NCBI GenBank assembly: GCA_028534125.1
Contig: CM052826.1
Location: forward strand, 16,740,001-16,804,000
Direction of reading: 5' to 3'
Length of the DNA stretch: 64,000 nt
DNA from: Lama glama
Lineage: Eukaryota
Position numbers and translations under genes: made by a program. The notes under the pieces were generated by a model. It was not told the origin of the DNA. It ran no database searches and saw nothing but the letters and a program-made list of their open reading frames with translations. Below are positions 1 to 13,122 of this stretch, piece after piece (the stretch's first letter is position 1; each line of letters begins with the position of its first letter).

Positions 1-84
1 TTTATGTTATGGGTATGTTACCAGAATTTTAAAATAATTTGTAAGTGTTTATATAATATCATAATAGAGAGAAACTGTTTTGTG

Positions 85-275
85 CTGGGAAATGTTTAAC
101 AATGGGCTCTCCAGGGGAAAAAAAAAGGCCCCGATTTGTAGCAGTTATAGGTTTCTGCCAATTTCAAGCTACCAACGTGATATCAGATATTAGGAATTCA
201 GATGTCTCCGAATTCCTAAAAGTTAACAAATCGGTTCTCACAGGTTACTATAAACCTGCTCTAGGATGCCACCAG
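85..275. mobile_element. MER63-like hAT DNA transposon relic
   Basis: Resembles recalled consensus (gatttgtagc...atttcaagctaccaacgtga) with internal palindrome. Confidence 0.5.
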
Positions 276-1524
276 AATGTGAAAAACGTACATTTGCAAT
301 TTGTGCAATTTAAAGAATCATTATAAACAGGACACTCATGTCATCATCACCCAGATAGGAAGTAGGGTGGTGCCAGTACCACAGATGTCCTCCTTCCCTG
401 GTCACAGTCCCTTCCTCCCTGCAAAAGTGACCATCTTGACTTTATCCATCATCATTTCCTTGCTTTTCATTACTTTTTTTTTCAAGAAAGTGAAGTGAGG
501 GTTTATTAAGCAATAGTACACTCTCAAGGGGAAAGCTCATTACAGTTTTAATACCAACATGTGCATCTCTGAAACAGATAACTGCATCTATTTCTTTTCT
601 TTCTTTCTTTTTTTTTCCATGCTGACAAACTGAACTTTTTATCAAAGTATGACACACACACCAAAAAGTGCCCAGATAGTAAGTGGACACCTAGAAGAAT
701 TTTCACAAACTGAACACACTTCTGAATCCAACATTCCCAGCCCCATCCAGAGCAGGGGAATTAAGCTCCACCTCCTGGGAGGAGTGTGGAAGAATTTGTG
801 AGCAGATGTTAAAACTACGCTAAGTGATAAATACTTTGAGTGAGACACTTTCAAGCTCTGCAAAGATTCTGTTTCTCTTTGAAGTTCCACCCACCGATTT
901 TCACATTAGTTGATGGATCGTGTGTGTAGAAATTCTTACTGTGCTGTTTGTTTATTAGTAATTTTCCATTTACCTCTCTCCTTTTACATTTGCTATTATT
1001 GATTATTTGGAATCTGCTATCAGGAAGAGTTGTTTTATCTCCATTTATTTATTTGTTCAATCATTTATACTAATATGGACTCATGAACACTTATTTTTAT
1101 TCTTTGGGTTAAAATCCAGTGCTATTGTTATTTATTTCATTGTCCAAATTGTTCCAACTTTGGCCATTGGGAGCGCTTTCCGTTGGCCCCTGCTCTAAGC
1201 ATTTTATTTCAGGCACTGCTCTTTTGGCACAGCTTCATTTTTTTTTTTTTTTAAAGCACTTCCTCACTTTCTGGCACCACAAGATGTTCCAGGCTTATCT
1301 TGAATTTTCTCCGCCCCAGTCCTAGAATCAGCCACTCTCCCCAGGGAGCCTGGGTTCACTTTATTGGAGAGTGACACTGAGAGGCCAAGACATGGATGCC
1401 GACTCTACTCGTTGCTACTGGGGGTGGGGGCTGATGTGGTTGCTTCTAAGCTCTCTCAGTTGATAGTATTATTATTTTTTCAATATCGAGATGAAATCCA
1501 TATGAAATGAAATTAACCACTTAG

Positions 1525-2110
1525 ATGTTCCATATAAACGCATGTTCGTAGTAGCGCTAGTCACAATAGCCAAAAAGTGGAAACAGCCCAAGTGCCCATC
1601 AGCAGACGGATGGATAAACAAAAGGTGGTCCATGCACACAATGGAATATCACTCACCATAAAAAGGAATGAAGCACTGACACACACTACCATGTGGATGA
1701 ACCTTGAAAATATTATGCTGAGTGAAAGAAGCCAGACGTAAAAGGTCCCATATTGTGTATAATTCCATTAATAGGAGATATGCAGAGGAGGGAGGGAAAT
1801 AGCTCATGCTTAGAATGCAAGAGGTCCTGGGTTCGATCCCCAGTACCTCCAGTAAAAAGAAAAAAGGAAATATAGATGTACAGAACAGGTAAACCCACAG
1901 AGATAAAAAGCAGACTGGTAGTTGCCAGGGGTTGGGAGGAGGGAGGAATGAAGAGTAATTGCTATCAGGTATGCCTCTGGGTGATGAAAACGTTTTGGAA
2001 CTAGGTAGAGGTGGTGGTTGTACAACATTATGAAAATACTAAACGCCACTGAATGGTTCACTTTAACACGGTTCATTTTATGTTATGTCAATTTCATCTC
2101 AACTTAAAAA
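1525..2110 (+). mobile_element. L1 (L1MB-like) 3' end fragment, interrupted by a SINE
   Basis: Typical L1 3' text: cacaatagccaaaaagtggaaac, ggataaacaaaa, gaaccttgaaaatattatgctgagtgaaagaagccag. Confidence 0.8.
1787..1870 (+). mobile_element. tRNA-derived SINE (camelid Vic-1 type), internally deleted
   Basis: ggaggg..atagctca..tgcttag..gaggtcctgggttcgatccccagtacctcc + A-rich tail. Confidence 0.75.
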
Positions 2111-2129
2111 CACAACAATAAGGGCTCTG

Positions 2130-2320
2130 ATGATGGGCAGAGCTGGGTTCGAATCCCATTTCTGCCTTGTTCCTGCTGTGTGGCCTTGAGCAAGTCACTT
2201 AACCTCTCTGTGCCTTGGTTTCCTCACCTGTAAAACAGGGAGGATTCAATGAGTGCATCAAATTCTTAAAACAGTCAGTAGCATGCAGGAAGTGCTGCTT
2301 AATTAAATGTTATCTCTACT
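2130..2320. mobile_element. MIR SINE
   Basis: ctgggttcgaatccca...ccttgagcaagtcacttaacctctctgtgccttggtttcctcacctgtaaaa core. Confidence 0.8.
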
Positions 2321-2850
2321 TGATGCATTCCCTTTGGATTCGAACTTTATTCCTTTGTCCTTTTCTTCATGACAAATGCCTGGCCTTGGTTGCCCCCTGA
2401 GGTGTCTCAGGCCAAGGGCAATGCTCCAGAAGACAGGAATCATATCTGATTGTTCTGCTTCGAAAGGGCTGATGAATAATACGTTCCCCTTCTCTGCCTC
2501 TTCTCCCAGCGACTCTCAAGGGACGCACCCTTCTGCCCTTTTCTCCATAACCCTGATCTTGGCCAAGGGGCTGCCAAAGAACAAACACACCAGGAAATAT
2601 CTGCTGCCTGATTGTTTGAGTTTAACCAATTGTTCCAGAACCAGAAGCTTATTTTGTGCTTCACACGGGAATCAGTTTTGAGCCCAACACAGCTTCCTGT
2701 GTGACCTTGAGCAAGATTCTGAATTCATTAGTAATTCACCTTTCTGAATTCATTAGTAAGATGGCGATAATAAGTGATCTATTTCACAGGGCTATTGAAG
2801 GACTTGGGTGAATTTACCTCAGGGGCTTAGCACCGAGCATAGCAGAGTCA

Positions 2851-3302
2851 GTGCAGTGGGTTGAATGGTTACCTGCAGAAAGATATATCCACATCCTAAT
2901 CCCCCAAGACCCGTGAACATGATGGTATTTGGATTAAAAAAAAACCAAAACGGTCTTTGCAGATGTAATTAAGGGTTTTAAAATGAGATCATCCTGGATT
3001 ATCTGGGTGGGCTCTAAATCCAATGACAAGTGTTAAAGACACAGACAGAAGAGATAAGGCCCTGTGAAGACAGAAGCAGAGATTGGAGTGCTGCAGCCAC
3101 AAGGGCCAGGTCATGCCAGGAGCNNNNNNNNNNNNNNNNNNNNNNNNNNNNNNNNNNNNNNNNNNNNNNNNNNNNNNNNNNNNNNNNNNNNNNNNNNNNN
3201 NNNNNNNNNNNNNNNNNNNNNNNNNNNNNNNNNNNNNNNNNNNNNNNNNNNNNNNNNNCTCAGTTGTGGCGAAAGGTTACAGCAGTTGTGGGAAACTAAC
3301 AC
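2851..3302 (+). mobile_element. MLT1 (MaLR) LTR, contains N gap
   Basis: ggtctttgcagatgtaattaagg...gagatcatcctggattatctgggtggg...ttacagcag..ggaaactaa. Confidence 0.75.
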
Positions 3303-3654
3303 ATACGAATTGAGAAATGTTATCTGCTACCAATATCATTATTGTTATCATCATTGTTGTTATGGTCCGAGCATAAAAATGCACCCAAATCTTACGAATC
3401 CTAAGTAAAGTAATTCTTCAAATGTCTTAACTAATTTTACTTTTGAATAGCTAGTACATTCATGTGCTTCAAAAAACAAAAAACTGAAGGTTTACGCTAC
3501 AGTATCTCCCTCCCAAGTCTGTTTCCTTCCTTTCTGCCCCCTTGGTAACTCAGCACTCTTGCTTTCCAGAATTCCTGTGCACATACACAAACAAATATGA
3601 ATACGAGATCTTATCCGTCCCCACACCTGCTTTTACATTAAAGGTAGCATTAAA

Positions 3655-4700
3655 AAGTTTTTTCTTTTCAATGTGGTAAACTATATATAAAATATACCAT
3701 TTCAGCCATTTTTAAGTGTACGGTTCAGCGGCATTAAGTATATTCACACTGTTGTGCAACCATCACTACCATTCAGCCCCAGAACTTTTCCCTCTTCCCA
3801 AACAGAAACTCTGCACTCAGTTAGACAATAACACAGATTCCTCTTTTCCCCAACTCCTGGTAACCACCATTCTACTTCTTGTCTCTATTAATTTGCTTGT
3901 TCTTTACGTTGTAAAGTGGAACCACACAGTATTTGCCCTTGTGTGTCTGACTTCTTGGATTTAGCATGAGGCTTCATGGTTTATCCACATGGTAGAATGT
4001 GTCAGGATTTCAGTTCAAGTGGCATGTTTTACAAACTCTTCTATGCCTTCCTCCCCCGCCCCTCTACTTAACAACAAATGCTGGAGATCTCCCCTTTGCG
4101 AAGCTCTATTTATGCATCCTTGTCATTTTTCTACAGCCACGTCGTATTTTGCTGTATGGATGCCCCATAATTAATTTCACTGCCAGAGACAGACATTTTG
4201 TCATCCATTTGTTCTTACGTTAACACCACAATGAAGAACTTGGCTCAAATGTCATTTCACACGTATGCAAGTGTATCTGTAGGTAAATTCCGCAAAGTGA
4301 GATTTTTGGCTTGAAGATTATGTGCATTTGTAATTTTTTTTGCCAAATCTCCCTCCTTGAGGGTGCGATTAATTCACACTCCCTCCAGCAATGGATGAGA
4401 GGTCCTGTTTCCCTTCAGCTTCACCAACAGAGTGTTAACCAAATGTTGGATGTTTGCCAACAGGACAGGTGAAAAAACTGTATCTCAGAGTAGAGAAAAT
4501 TTCCCTTATCACCACTGAGGGGGAACATATTTCCATGTGTTTAAGACTATTTATAGTTTTCTCTTTCCTGTCTGGTCAATGTCCTTGCCCATTATTCCTT
4601 TAGCTTGTTGATCTTTTTCTTTCTGATCTCTAGGAGTTCTTTATATATTAAGGAGATGTACCATATGGTTATGAAATGAGTAGTAAATACATTGTCATTT
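3655..4700 (-). mobile_element. Old L1 fragments, antisense
   Basis: ttttaagtgtacggttcagcggcattaagtatattcacactgttgtgcaaccatcac etc. Confidence 0.65.
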
Positions 4701-5884
4701 CTCCAAACTTTTAAATCAATGACCAGTAACACTTATTGAGGATTTGCTACATGCCTGGCTTTGTCCTAGGTGCTTTAAACACACCATTTCTTTTCAACCT
4801 TACTGACAGCATTTTTTATCTCTAAATACTATAACACACATCTCTGAAAAATAAGGATATCTTCCTACATAATGTACTGCCATTTTCACACCTAACAAAA
4901 CATACAATCATTCTTCAGTATCATCTTACACCAAAGCAGATATTGAAATTCCCCTGAGTTTCATGTAGATATGCTTGTGTCCCAAGCATTTTCTCAAAAA
5001 GCTCAAGTATTTAGGGGATCATCTCTCTTTGTTTTGAGTTTGAAATCTCAATCCATTCTTTTCTTTTACAAATCTTCCTTTCAGTGTGATGGTACAGTGC
5101 CTCCAGGAATAGTTTTCCAAGATTGTCTTGGTCCATCAAAATCCTGCTTCCAATATATTTTCCCAAACCTGTTTGAGCACATGTCCCCTGACATTAGATT
5201 CCATTAGATCCATGGATATAGCTGCATAGTGTTTATATGCCATATATATATATATTTAACCCTATTGTGAATATAGTTTGAAAAGTTAGAAGAACCAGCT
5301 TGCTAATCATTCACTACAACTCATGTATAATAAGCAGAAATGCATGATGAATTCCCAGCAAAATAGAAGGACATCTTGTCTGGATTTCAGTGCACCAAGT
5401 GTCAGATTCTTATTTCATTACATCCACATTAGTGGATGGTTCTTAATTTAATTTTTTTCTCTCCCTTTGGGCAGAATTCCATGGAGACCTCTCAACCTTG
5501 ACACCTGGGTCAGGAGCAAGGCTAGCTTATTTTAAAATGCTGTTGTGTCTGAGTTTCACCCCATCAGCATCCTATTTTTTAAGAGCTACTTTGTTGCCTT
5601 CACCATTGGCTTAGTATTCTGTATTACGCAGCCTTCTTACTGCATCTTTCTAGTCCCCTAGGGATGGACGCCTACATTGCCTCCAATTTCCTGCGTCAAT
5701 GAGTATTCTTATCTGGGGCAAAACTTTCAGTGACTATAAAACTTGGAACAGAATTCCAAAGGTCTCTAAATCTAACAGCAACCCAATAACTGGCTTAAAC
5801 AAGAGAGAATGTTTGTCTCTGCTGGCAGACAGCCTGCGGACCCTGGGTTCTTCTGTCAGTTGCTCCACCATCCTCTAGAGCAGT

Positions 5885-6075
5885 ATCTCCAAGGACAGTT
5901 GCCGTGTCTGGAGATAACTTTGGTTGTCACACCTGCTGGCAGGGGGATGCTACTGGCATGTAGTGAGTGGTAGCCAGAGATGTGGCTCAGTACTGTACAG
6001 TGCACAGCACAGCCCTCTGTGACAGAGAACAATTTGGCCCCATATGTCAATGATGTCACCTGCCCTAGAATAGTC
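5885..6075. mobile_element. MER20-like hAT-Charlie relic
   Basis: gtctggaga..tttggttgtcaca...tgctactggcat.tagtgagtg. Confidence 0.65.
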
Positions 6076-6685
6076 CCCACTTCCTTTCATGACCAACTTG
6101 TTAAAGAGACTGGGACAGTTGTTCTGTAGCACACTCTACCCTCGGGGTTTGTCAGTTGCTTCCTGATGTCCTTTAACTTGTTTCTCTACCCTTGCTGTTT
6201 CCTGTAAACTGGACGTTAGGTTGAGAGACTTGATCAGTGTCAGGTTCAACATTTTGGCAAGAGATGTCCTAGGGAAAGCTGTGACCTTCCTTTGGTATCA
6301 CATCAGGAGGCCCGAGGGTCCCTCTATTGTGCTGCTGAGCTTCACTGCAGCTGACACTGGTCACAGTCTGGCCCCTGCGGTAAAGTCTGTGCCCCTACAC
6401 CCGGCGAACGCTCTGGTGCCCTGTGCATACCTTGCTCCCCACCTGATGTTTTATAACACCCATTGATGAGCACTGACTAAATTAATTATTTCACTGACTT
6501 TTGCAAAATGGTTATTTTTCTAATTCTCTCATTCCTGCCACATTTTTTTGCTGGCATTATTGGGCTGTTTGGTGACCATGAAAAGCTACCACAGGGAAGG
6601 CAAGATCATGCTTAATTTCTTACTTTTAATTACCAACGTTTCCAGAAAGGAATCGGTTGAGAGCTACTTACAATGGGTTCATAAA

Positions 6686-6728
<43 letters not shown>
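6686..6728. repeat. (TG)n microsatellite
   Basis: About 20 TG units with one interruption. Confidence 0.95.
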
Positions 6729-6729
<1 letters not shown>

Positions 6730-7370
6730 GTAACTTTCAAACTGAAGTATAACATACAAAATAGTGCACAGATCTTAGCGAGCTCAGGGAATTTTTACAT
6801 CCATATACCTGTGCTACCACCACCAGATAAAAATACAGACCATTTCTAGCCCCACACTCCCTTCCCTGCCTTTAAGTTCTGCAATGAATAATTTTGTTTG
6901 AAGGAATGATTTCCAGGCTTGGTTGTACCCATCGTGGGGTTCAAGGACTTCAGGAAGGTGGGGAAATGGATGGGCAATAAAAATAGGGCTCCAGGCCTCC
7001 TCCCCAACCAACACGGCTGGCCCTGGGACCCAACCTGTCTCGCAGGGGCTGAGTGACTTGAATTGCCAGTTGAGATTTAAACCAGGCGCCTCCTGCCTGG
7101 AAGTCTCATTTATTTTCGGGGCTCAGCTAGAATATCGAGGCAGGTGGAACTACTGCTGCTTCTTGTCTATCATCGAGGGTCACACTCTGGGGCAGCAAAG
7201 CATACTGGAAAGTCCCAGGAAAGGAAACAGACTGTCTAGGTTCTGTCTGCATGATCCTGGAGGAGCTACTTCCCCTTCTGAGACTTTGTCTACTTACCTG
7301 TCAAGTTAGGGGCAATATTCCACATTGCTGGGTTCTTGGGAGGAATTCTGCAGTCATGACTACCTCTACA

Positions 7371-7475
7371 TTTCTTTCTTTCTTTCTTTTTTTCCAATGG
7401 AGGTACTGGGGACTGAACCTGGGACCTAGCACAAACATGCTAAGCATATGCTCTGTGCTCTGTAGAGCCACCCTC
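7371..7475 (-). mobile_element. tRNA-derived SINE (camelid type), antisense
   Basis: (tttc)n tail, tggaggtactggggactgaacctgggacc...catgctaagca; imperfect TSD tacctctacatttct/tacttttacatttct. Confidence 0.75.
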
Positions 7476-7889
7476 TACTTTTACATTTCTGAGCTCACCT
7501 CCTAGCACTTTCCTCTTTGCTCATTCCACCCCAGCCAGCTGTTTTTCCTGTCCCCAGGCCTTTTGAATGACCCCTCCTCAAGTTACACAACCAACAGTGT
7601 TCTCTCACCATTACGGTACAGACTCTAACGTTGCTCTCACAGTCCTTATGAACCTTAAATATTAATCTCGCTGCTTATTGTGTCTCTTATTGTAGTAGAA
7701 TGCAGAGTCTCAGGACTTGTCTTTCTTCATTTTTACAGCCAGGGTCTTGCATGAAGGAAGTGTAATGTTGATTGAATGGAGGCAACAGGAGCTCAGAGAG
7801 GGCGAGCCACTTTCTCACTGTCACACAGTGGAATTTGAATTATAAATGCAGGCTCTGAGTCTTCCCTTTCATTTTCCTCCCTCTTTTGT

Positions 7890-8185
7890 CTCGGGTGAGG
7901 ATTAGGGCACAATTTAAGGGGTGTCAAAAAACTCAGTCACCAAGAAAATATTTTTAAAAATTAAAAATTAACGCAAAAAAAAAAAAAAGATCTGACCCTG
8001 CACTTGCATGACTCACCTCTTTCTGTCAGTCCTGGCAGATCCTGCTTTTATTTAAAATTTTGCTATTTTGTTCACCATGGGTTTATTTTTTCCCTATTAA
8101 ATTTGATATTTTAAAATATTGCATTAGAATATTATCTTGATTGAGTTTTTGCACCCGAGACGCTCACCGTAGTGTAGGCCCCGCT
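7890..8185. mobile_element. MER96-like hAT relic
   Basis: cacaatttaaggggtgtcaaaaaactcagt... with internally inverted AT-rich arms. Confidence 0.5.
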
Positions 8186-8269
8186 TCTACCTCTTCTTCT
8201 CCTCCCCTAGAGAAATTGAGGCACGGAGGACTAGGGGTAGGAATGGGGTAGGGATAGAGGATTGGTGCG

Positions 8270-9920
8270 GAGCCCTGTTGAGCGGCACAAGCTGCCCCGG
8301 GAGCGGCCAGGAGCTGACCTTTATTTATCGCCCGTGGTAGAAGCAGCTAATTAAGTCCCCCGCCTGCGGGAGACCTTTCCCCAGGGCGGCCCGCGCCTCC
8401 TGCGGGGCCGAGATAGTCGCGGTCGCCCGAGCAGCGGTGACCTTTCCGAGCCTAATGGGGCGGGGAGGCGGGAGAGCGAGGGCGGCTGCGCTTTCGGCCG
8501 GGTCTAGGCAGAAGCGGTGGCGGAGGCGTCACTCTGGGGCTGAGCTGTGGAATGGAACTCTGTCTCGGCTCCGCACGTCCATCCTACCAACATGGGGAGG
8601 GAAAGAGGGCCGGTGATGTCATCGAACCCCGAGCCGGCCTCCGCCGCCACCGTCACAGACGAGCAGCGCTGCGTCACCGCATTCTTTCGTGACGTCAGCG
8701 CACGAGGCCAAGAAGTGGTCCACCAAGGAAGGGAGAAGTCTGAAGGAGAGATCGTTGGTTTCTCGCTCTTTATATTTGGTAAGGCGTTTAAAGTACGCAA
8801 GGAACGGACTACCACTCCCAGCTGGCTGTGCGTGCCGCGCACGCACACGGCCTCCAGCGAACGAGCGCGGCAAACCTTGGGGTAGATTGACGTCCCTTTA
8901 GTCGAACCAGAAGGTAGATTTTACAGCCGCAAACCAATCCCGACCTCACAGACCCCACCCCTTTATTCTTAGCCCTCTGCTTCCTTGAGGGAGTGACGGG
9001 CTCGGATGCCTTTGAGGGCTCAGTTTCCTTTGATGGACAGTCATACTGATGAATCAGAACGCCGGAAAGTCGAGAGGACACTGAAAAGCGTGCCTCGGAG
9101 CCAATAACTTAGCGGCAGGGCCCGACGCCGTCCAGTAATTTTTCACGGCGCCGCCAATCACCCTGGACCCCGCCCCGGNNNNNNNNNNNNNNNNNNNNNN
9201 NNNNNNNNNNNNNNNNNNNNNNNNNNNNNNNNNNNNNNNNNNNNNNNNNNNNNNNNNNNNNNNNNNNNNNNNNNNNNNNNNNNNNNNNNNNNNNNNNNNN
9301 NNNNNNNNNNNNNNNNNNNNNNNNNNNNNNNNNNCGGGGACCCCGGCACGTTCTGTCCCCCTCCCAACATCGCCTCCGAGACCTCTGGAAAGCCCTTCCG
9401 CGGACAGAAGTGGGGAGAAGCCGAGGTAACTGGGACGGCCCTAGGGTGGCGGGCCGGGCCGGGGAGGGCGGCGGGGCCCGGGCGGCGGGTGTCGCTGTAA
9501 TCATAGTCTTGGGTGAAGGGGCGGGCGGTCAAAATGGCGGCGGCGACTGTCGGGGCCATGGGGGATGGGGCCGGGGCCCGGCTGGGGCGACACCACCCGC
9601 CCCCGGGCCCCGCGGCCCGGCCCCCGCGAGGGGCGGGCGCTCGCAGGCCGGCAGCTAGTGGAGGTCGGCCGGCCGGGGTGGGGGGCTTTTATATGTCGGG
9701 AGGTGCGGAGGGGCGGGACTGGGAAGGCTGGGCCAATGGGAGAGAGGGGGTAGCGAGGCGGGACCGAGGTGGGTGGGCGGGGCCAGGCCGTAAGGTGTGG
9801 GCGGGGCCGGCCGGTGCCCCGGGAACCGGGTGGGGCAGCTGCCGTCTAGGCCTTCCGGCTGCCCTAGGCAATGGGAGGCCACCTGTGCCGCGTCCCTTCA
9901 GAACCCGCCAGGACTGAGTG
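8270..9920 (+). promoter_or_regulatory. RFX1: CpG-island promoter of RFX1
   Basis: Sharp rise in GC/CpG; GC boxes; CRE TGACGTCA 8690-8697; YY1 motif CAAAATGGCGGC 9530-9541; CCAAT boxes; boundaries approximate; contains an N gap. Confidence 0.85.
8500..8778 (+). other. RFX1: RFX1 exon 1 (5' UTR; start approximate)
   Basis: Strong donor TTTG|GTAAGG at 8778/8779 within the CpG island, upstream of the ATG-bearing exon; TSS not determinable from sequence. Confidence 0.65.
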
Positions 9921-11924
9921 CCTGCCACATCTGAGGCCTCAGTTTTCCATCCTGTAGAGTGGGGAGAATTATTGCCATAGCCTCTTTTCTGCATTTCAGG
10001 GATTCCTAATTCCTTTCAGGAATTTCTCTAGGGTTCGTCCTTGAACTTTTTACTCCTATCTACTGTTTCTGAATGCTTTTTTTTAAAAAAAATAGATTGA
10101 CTGTTAATGTTAATTTTAACATTGCTATCTGCTCCTAAATCTACCTTCTTTCTGAGAGGAGGTGAAGGTAGACGTTTACATGAAGCTGTAGGGTGTATGG
10201 CTTTAGTCTGGACGATTTGATTTGCAGAAAGGGAAGCCTGTGGCAGAGAGGAGTATCTTGGATGCCTGAGTTAGAGGAACAGAAACTTGATCGCTTCTCT
10301 GTGGGCAGCTCTAAGATCTAAGATCTCCTGTTGTCCCTCGGCAGGGGGCTTGTTCCTGGAGATGGGACCATTCCTAACTGTATTGCCCATCCTAGTCTTC
10401 CTTTCTGAGAATGGGAAGTAAATGGTGCTCGAGGAAGTTTCTTAAGCTGCTTCTCTTGGCCAGACACATGTTTTTGTGTCAATCAAGTTGGTGTCAAGTG
10501 GGTCACATGTCACTGAGGAGGTACCAGCTTCCAGAGCCACGTGGGCAGAGAGCGGGACACTGAGGTCAGAGGAAAGGGGAATTTCTCCATGTTGGTTAGA
10601 AGAGAGTCTGCGTGACTGCTTTGCCAGGTGACAAGATCTGCCAGCTTGGGGAAGATTTTTTTTTTTAAATAGGCAGCCAGGCCAAGTCCACTTTGCTTAT
10701 TCTCTGTCTTGCTTTGGAGCTTGGTATTAACAGAGCCAAGTGCAAACTGCAGCTTTTTTCTTTTAAAATCAATCAATACACTTCAAGGAGAAGGAACATT
10801 TTGGGTTCTCACAAAGCTTTCCCCCAAAAATTTGAGATAAGGGTGGGAGATGTCACTTCTCCAGGGACTTTTCCCAGGCCCTCTTTAAGAGGTGGTTAGG
10901 ACCCCTTGAAAGTTAGGAAGAGTTGAGATTAATTTTCAGTAAAGATCTAGAAATAACCAAGTTGCCAGATCATTGGCATCTATTAGAAAGGGGAACTCTG
11001 AGCAGAAAGTGATGTTACCCGTGATCTAGTCCTGTATACTGCCCTTCCCACCCCACTGTATCTTATGCATTTGAAGGGCCCAAGCCCAGAGAGGTCATTT
11101 GACTACAGAAGGGAACACTGGCTTTGGTCGCTTGTCCTTGAGACAATCAACTGCTTTTTAGCTGTATGCTCTTGGGCAAATAACTTAACTTCCCTGGGCC
11201 TGAGTTTTCTCCCATCTAAACTAGCTGCAGTGCTCACTGGTAATGATTTTAATCTTATATTACTGTGCTGTGAATCCCATAATGGAATACATGTTGAGCA
11301 TCAGATACATAGTAATTGCTCAAAGTATGTTGGCTGCTACTGTTATTATGATGATTGTCGCTTCCTGTTCAGCCCTTACAATTACACCATTCGCATTTAT
11401 TTTTATCATTTTGCATCGAGCGAGAGCCTAGTGGCTTTAAAGCTTGACTCACTTGTTGGGCTGTGTGGGACGATGACAGGGATCCCAGGAGTTTATAGTG
11501 AGAAAGTGTCACTCTTCTAAGGTCCTCCTCCAGCTTTAGGAGAGTAGCCAGAAAGAAAATTGGCCTCAGACTCAACCTTCCAGGAGGCAGCTGGATGAGC
11601 TGGGGGGTGTGGGTGTTGTGGGAAAAGTAGGGACCTGGGAAAGGTGTCTCTGGAGCTGAGGGTCTCACCTTCCCCTCCTGCCACCCACCCCAGCATCTTG
11701 GGGCAGAAGACAGGGGATGGGCCAGGCAGACCCTCCCCAGGGACACGGCCTCCAGACAGCAACTACACAGTGCGGTCTTCCTGGCCTAAGGGGCCTCTTC
11801 TGGACCAGGAGGCATCACCTGCCCCTGTACCACAAGCTTGCTGCTGGCAGGAAGCAGTAGCTTTTTCACAAGGTCTTACCAGTTGGTAGATTCGAACTGG
11901 CTTTTGACACTCACTAGCAGGGTG

Positions 11925-12670
11925 TTCCCAGCATTGTAGACACTTATTTAACATTAAAAGTTAAGTCCCCACTGTATGCCTGTCAGTGTTCTGGTACCTG
12001 GGGTTAGAGTGATGGGCAAGGCAGTCCAGATCTCCAACCTTGGGGAGCTTACCTTTCTGGTCATGGAGGGAAGAGGAAAATAAACAAACAGGATACAGGG
12101 CCAGGGAGAAAATAAAACAGGAATATGTACTCCAGAGTACATGGAAGGGGGATGCTTGAGGCCTGAGAAGGTGACATATAAGCTGAGACATGAGTGATTA
12201 GAAGGAGCCAGCGGTAGAGGTGAGGAGAGCATGCGAGTAGGCAGAAGAGCTGGTGCAAAGGTCCTGAGGCAGGAGGAGGTCTGGAGCATTTGGGAAGGAG
12301 AGACAGTGTTGCTAGAGCACAACCAGAGTGAGAAAGGGGACTGGAGGGGCCAGATCCCCATGGGACCCTGCAGGTCATGGGAAGGGCTCTGAATTTTATT
12401 TATTCAATGTGATGGGGAGCCTTAGAGCCTTCTGAACAGAGGAGTGGCATGATGGAGTTTGTGTTTTCAAAGGATCGTATAGATCATATAGAGGCAAGAA
12501 TGAAGCTGGGAGCTAGTGATGAGGCTGTTGCAGGGGGCCCGTGCAGGAGATTATGGTAGCCCAGACTAGCACGGCGCTGATGAAGATGGAGTGATATGCC
12601 CAGCCTTAGGATTTACTTTGGATGAATTATTGACAAGCCTTAAAAACTAACTGGATATAGAGAATGAAGG
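11925..12670. mobile_element. L2 LINE fragments in RFX1 intron 1
   Basis: tgcaaaggtcctgaggcagga, gatggggagcc..agagccttctgaacagaggagtggcatgat typical of L2 3' region. Confidence 0.6.
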
Positions 12671-12819
12671 AATCTCACATCATTATATTTAATTTCCTCA
12701 TTCTCCGGAAAGTTCATTTTTGAAGCCATTCTACAGGTGAGGAAAGTGAGATTTTCCTTCCATTTCCTTGGGAGGGCCTTGTGTGTAAACCGTTTGGTTA
12801 AGGATCTGGCATCCAAAAC

Positions 12820-13122
12820 AAGTCAGCAAACTACAGCCTCCACCTGCTTTTTATGGCCTGTGAGCGGAGAATGATTTCTACATTTTTGAGGGGTATTTTG
12901 TGATGTGAATAATATATGACGGTATGTGAAAATTATATAAAATTCAAATCTCAGTGTCTAAAAATAAACTTTTATTGACACACAGCCACTCACTTGTTTA
13001 CATATTGTCTATGACTGCTTTCCCACTTCAGTGGCAGAGTTGAATCATTGCAATGGACTGTCTGTCCACAAAGCCAAGAATCTTGACTGTCTGATCCTTC
13101 ACAGAAATTTGCCAGCCCCTGA
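12820..13122. mobile_element. MER58-like hAT-Charlie relic
   Basis: gtcagcaaactacagcc...aataaacttttattg.cacacagccac...tttgccagcccctg. Confidence 0.7.

Noticed and set aside
190-219. Hairpin ttaggaattc-N10-gaattcctaa
   Set aside because: Lies inside a MER63-like DNA transposon relic whose internal palindromes explain it.
2717-2759. 18-bp direct repeat ttctgaattcattagtaa with a 7-nt spacer
   Set aside because: Only two copies inside a MIR relic; simple local duplication, not an array or CRISPR.
1-8200. Short ORFs upstream of RFX1
   Set aside because: All fall in L1/MIR/LTR/DNA-transposon relics or N gaps; no splice-consistent coding structure.
9858-9872. X-box-like GCTGCCCTAGGCAAT at the edge of the RFX1 CpG island
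   Set aside because: Both half-sites are imperfect; too weak to call without binding data.
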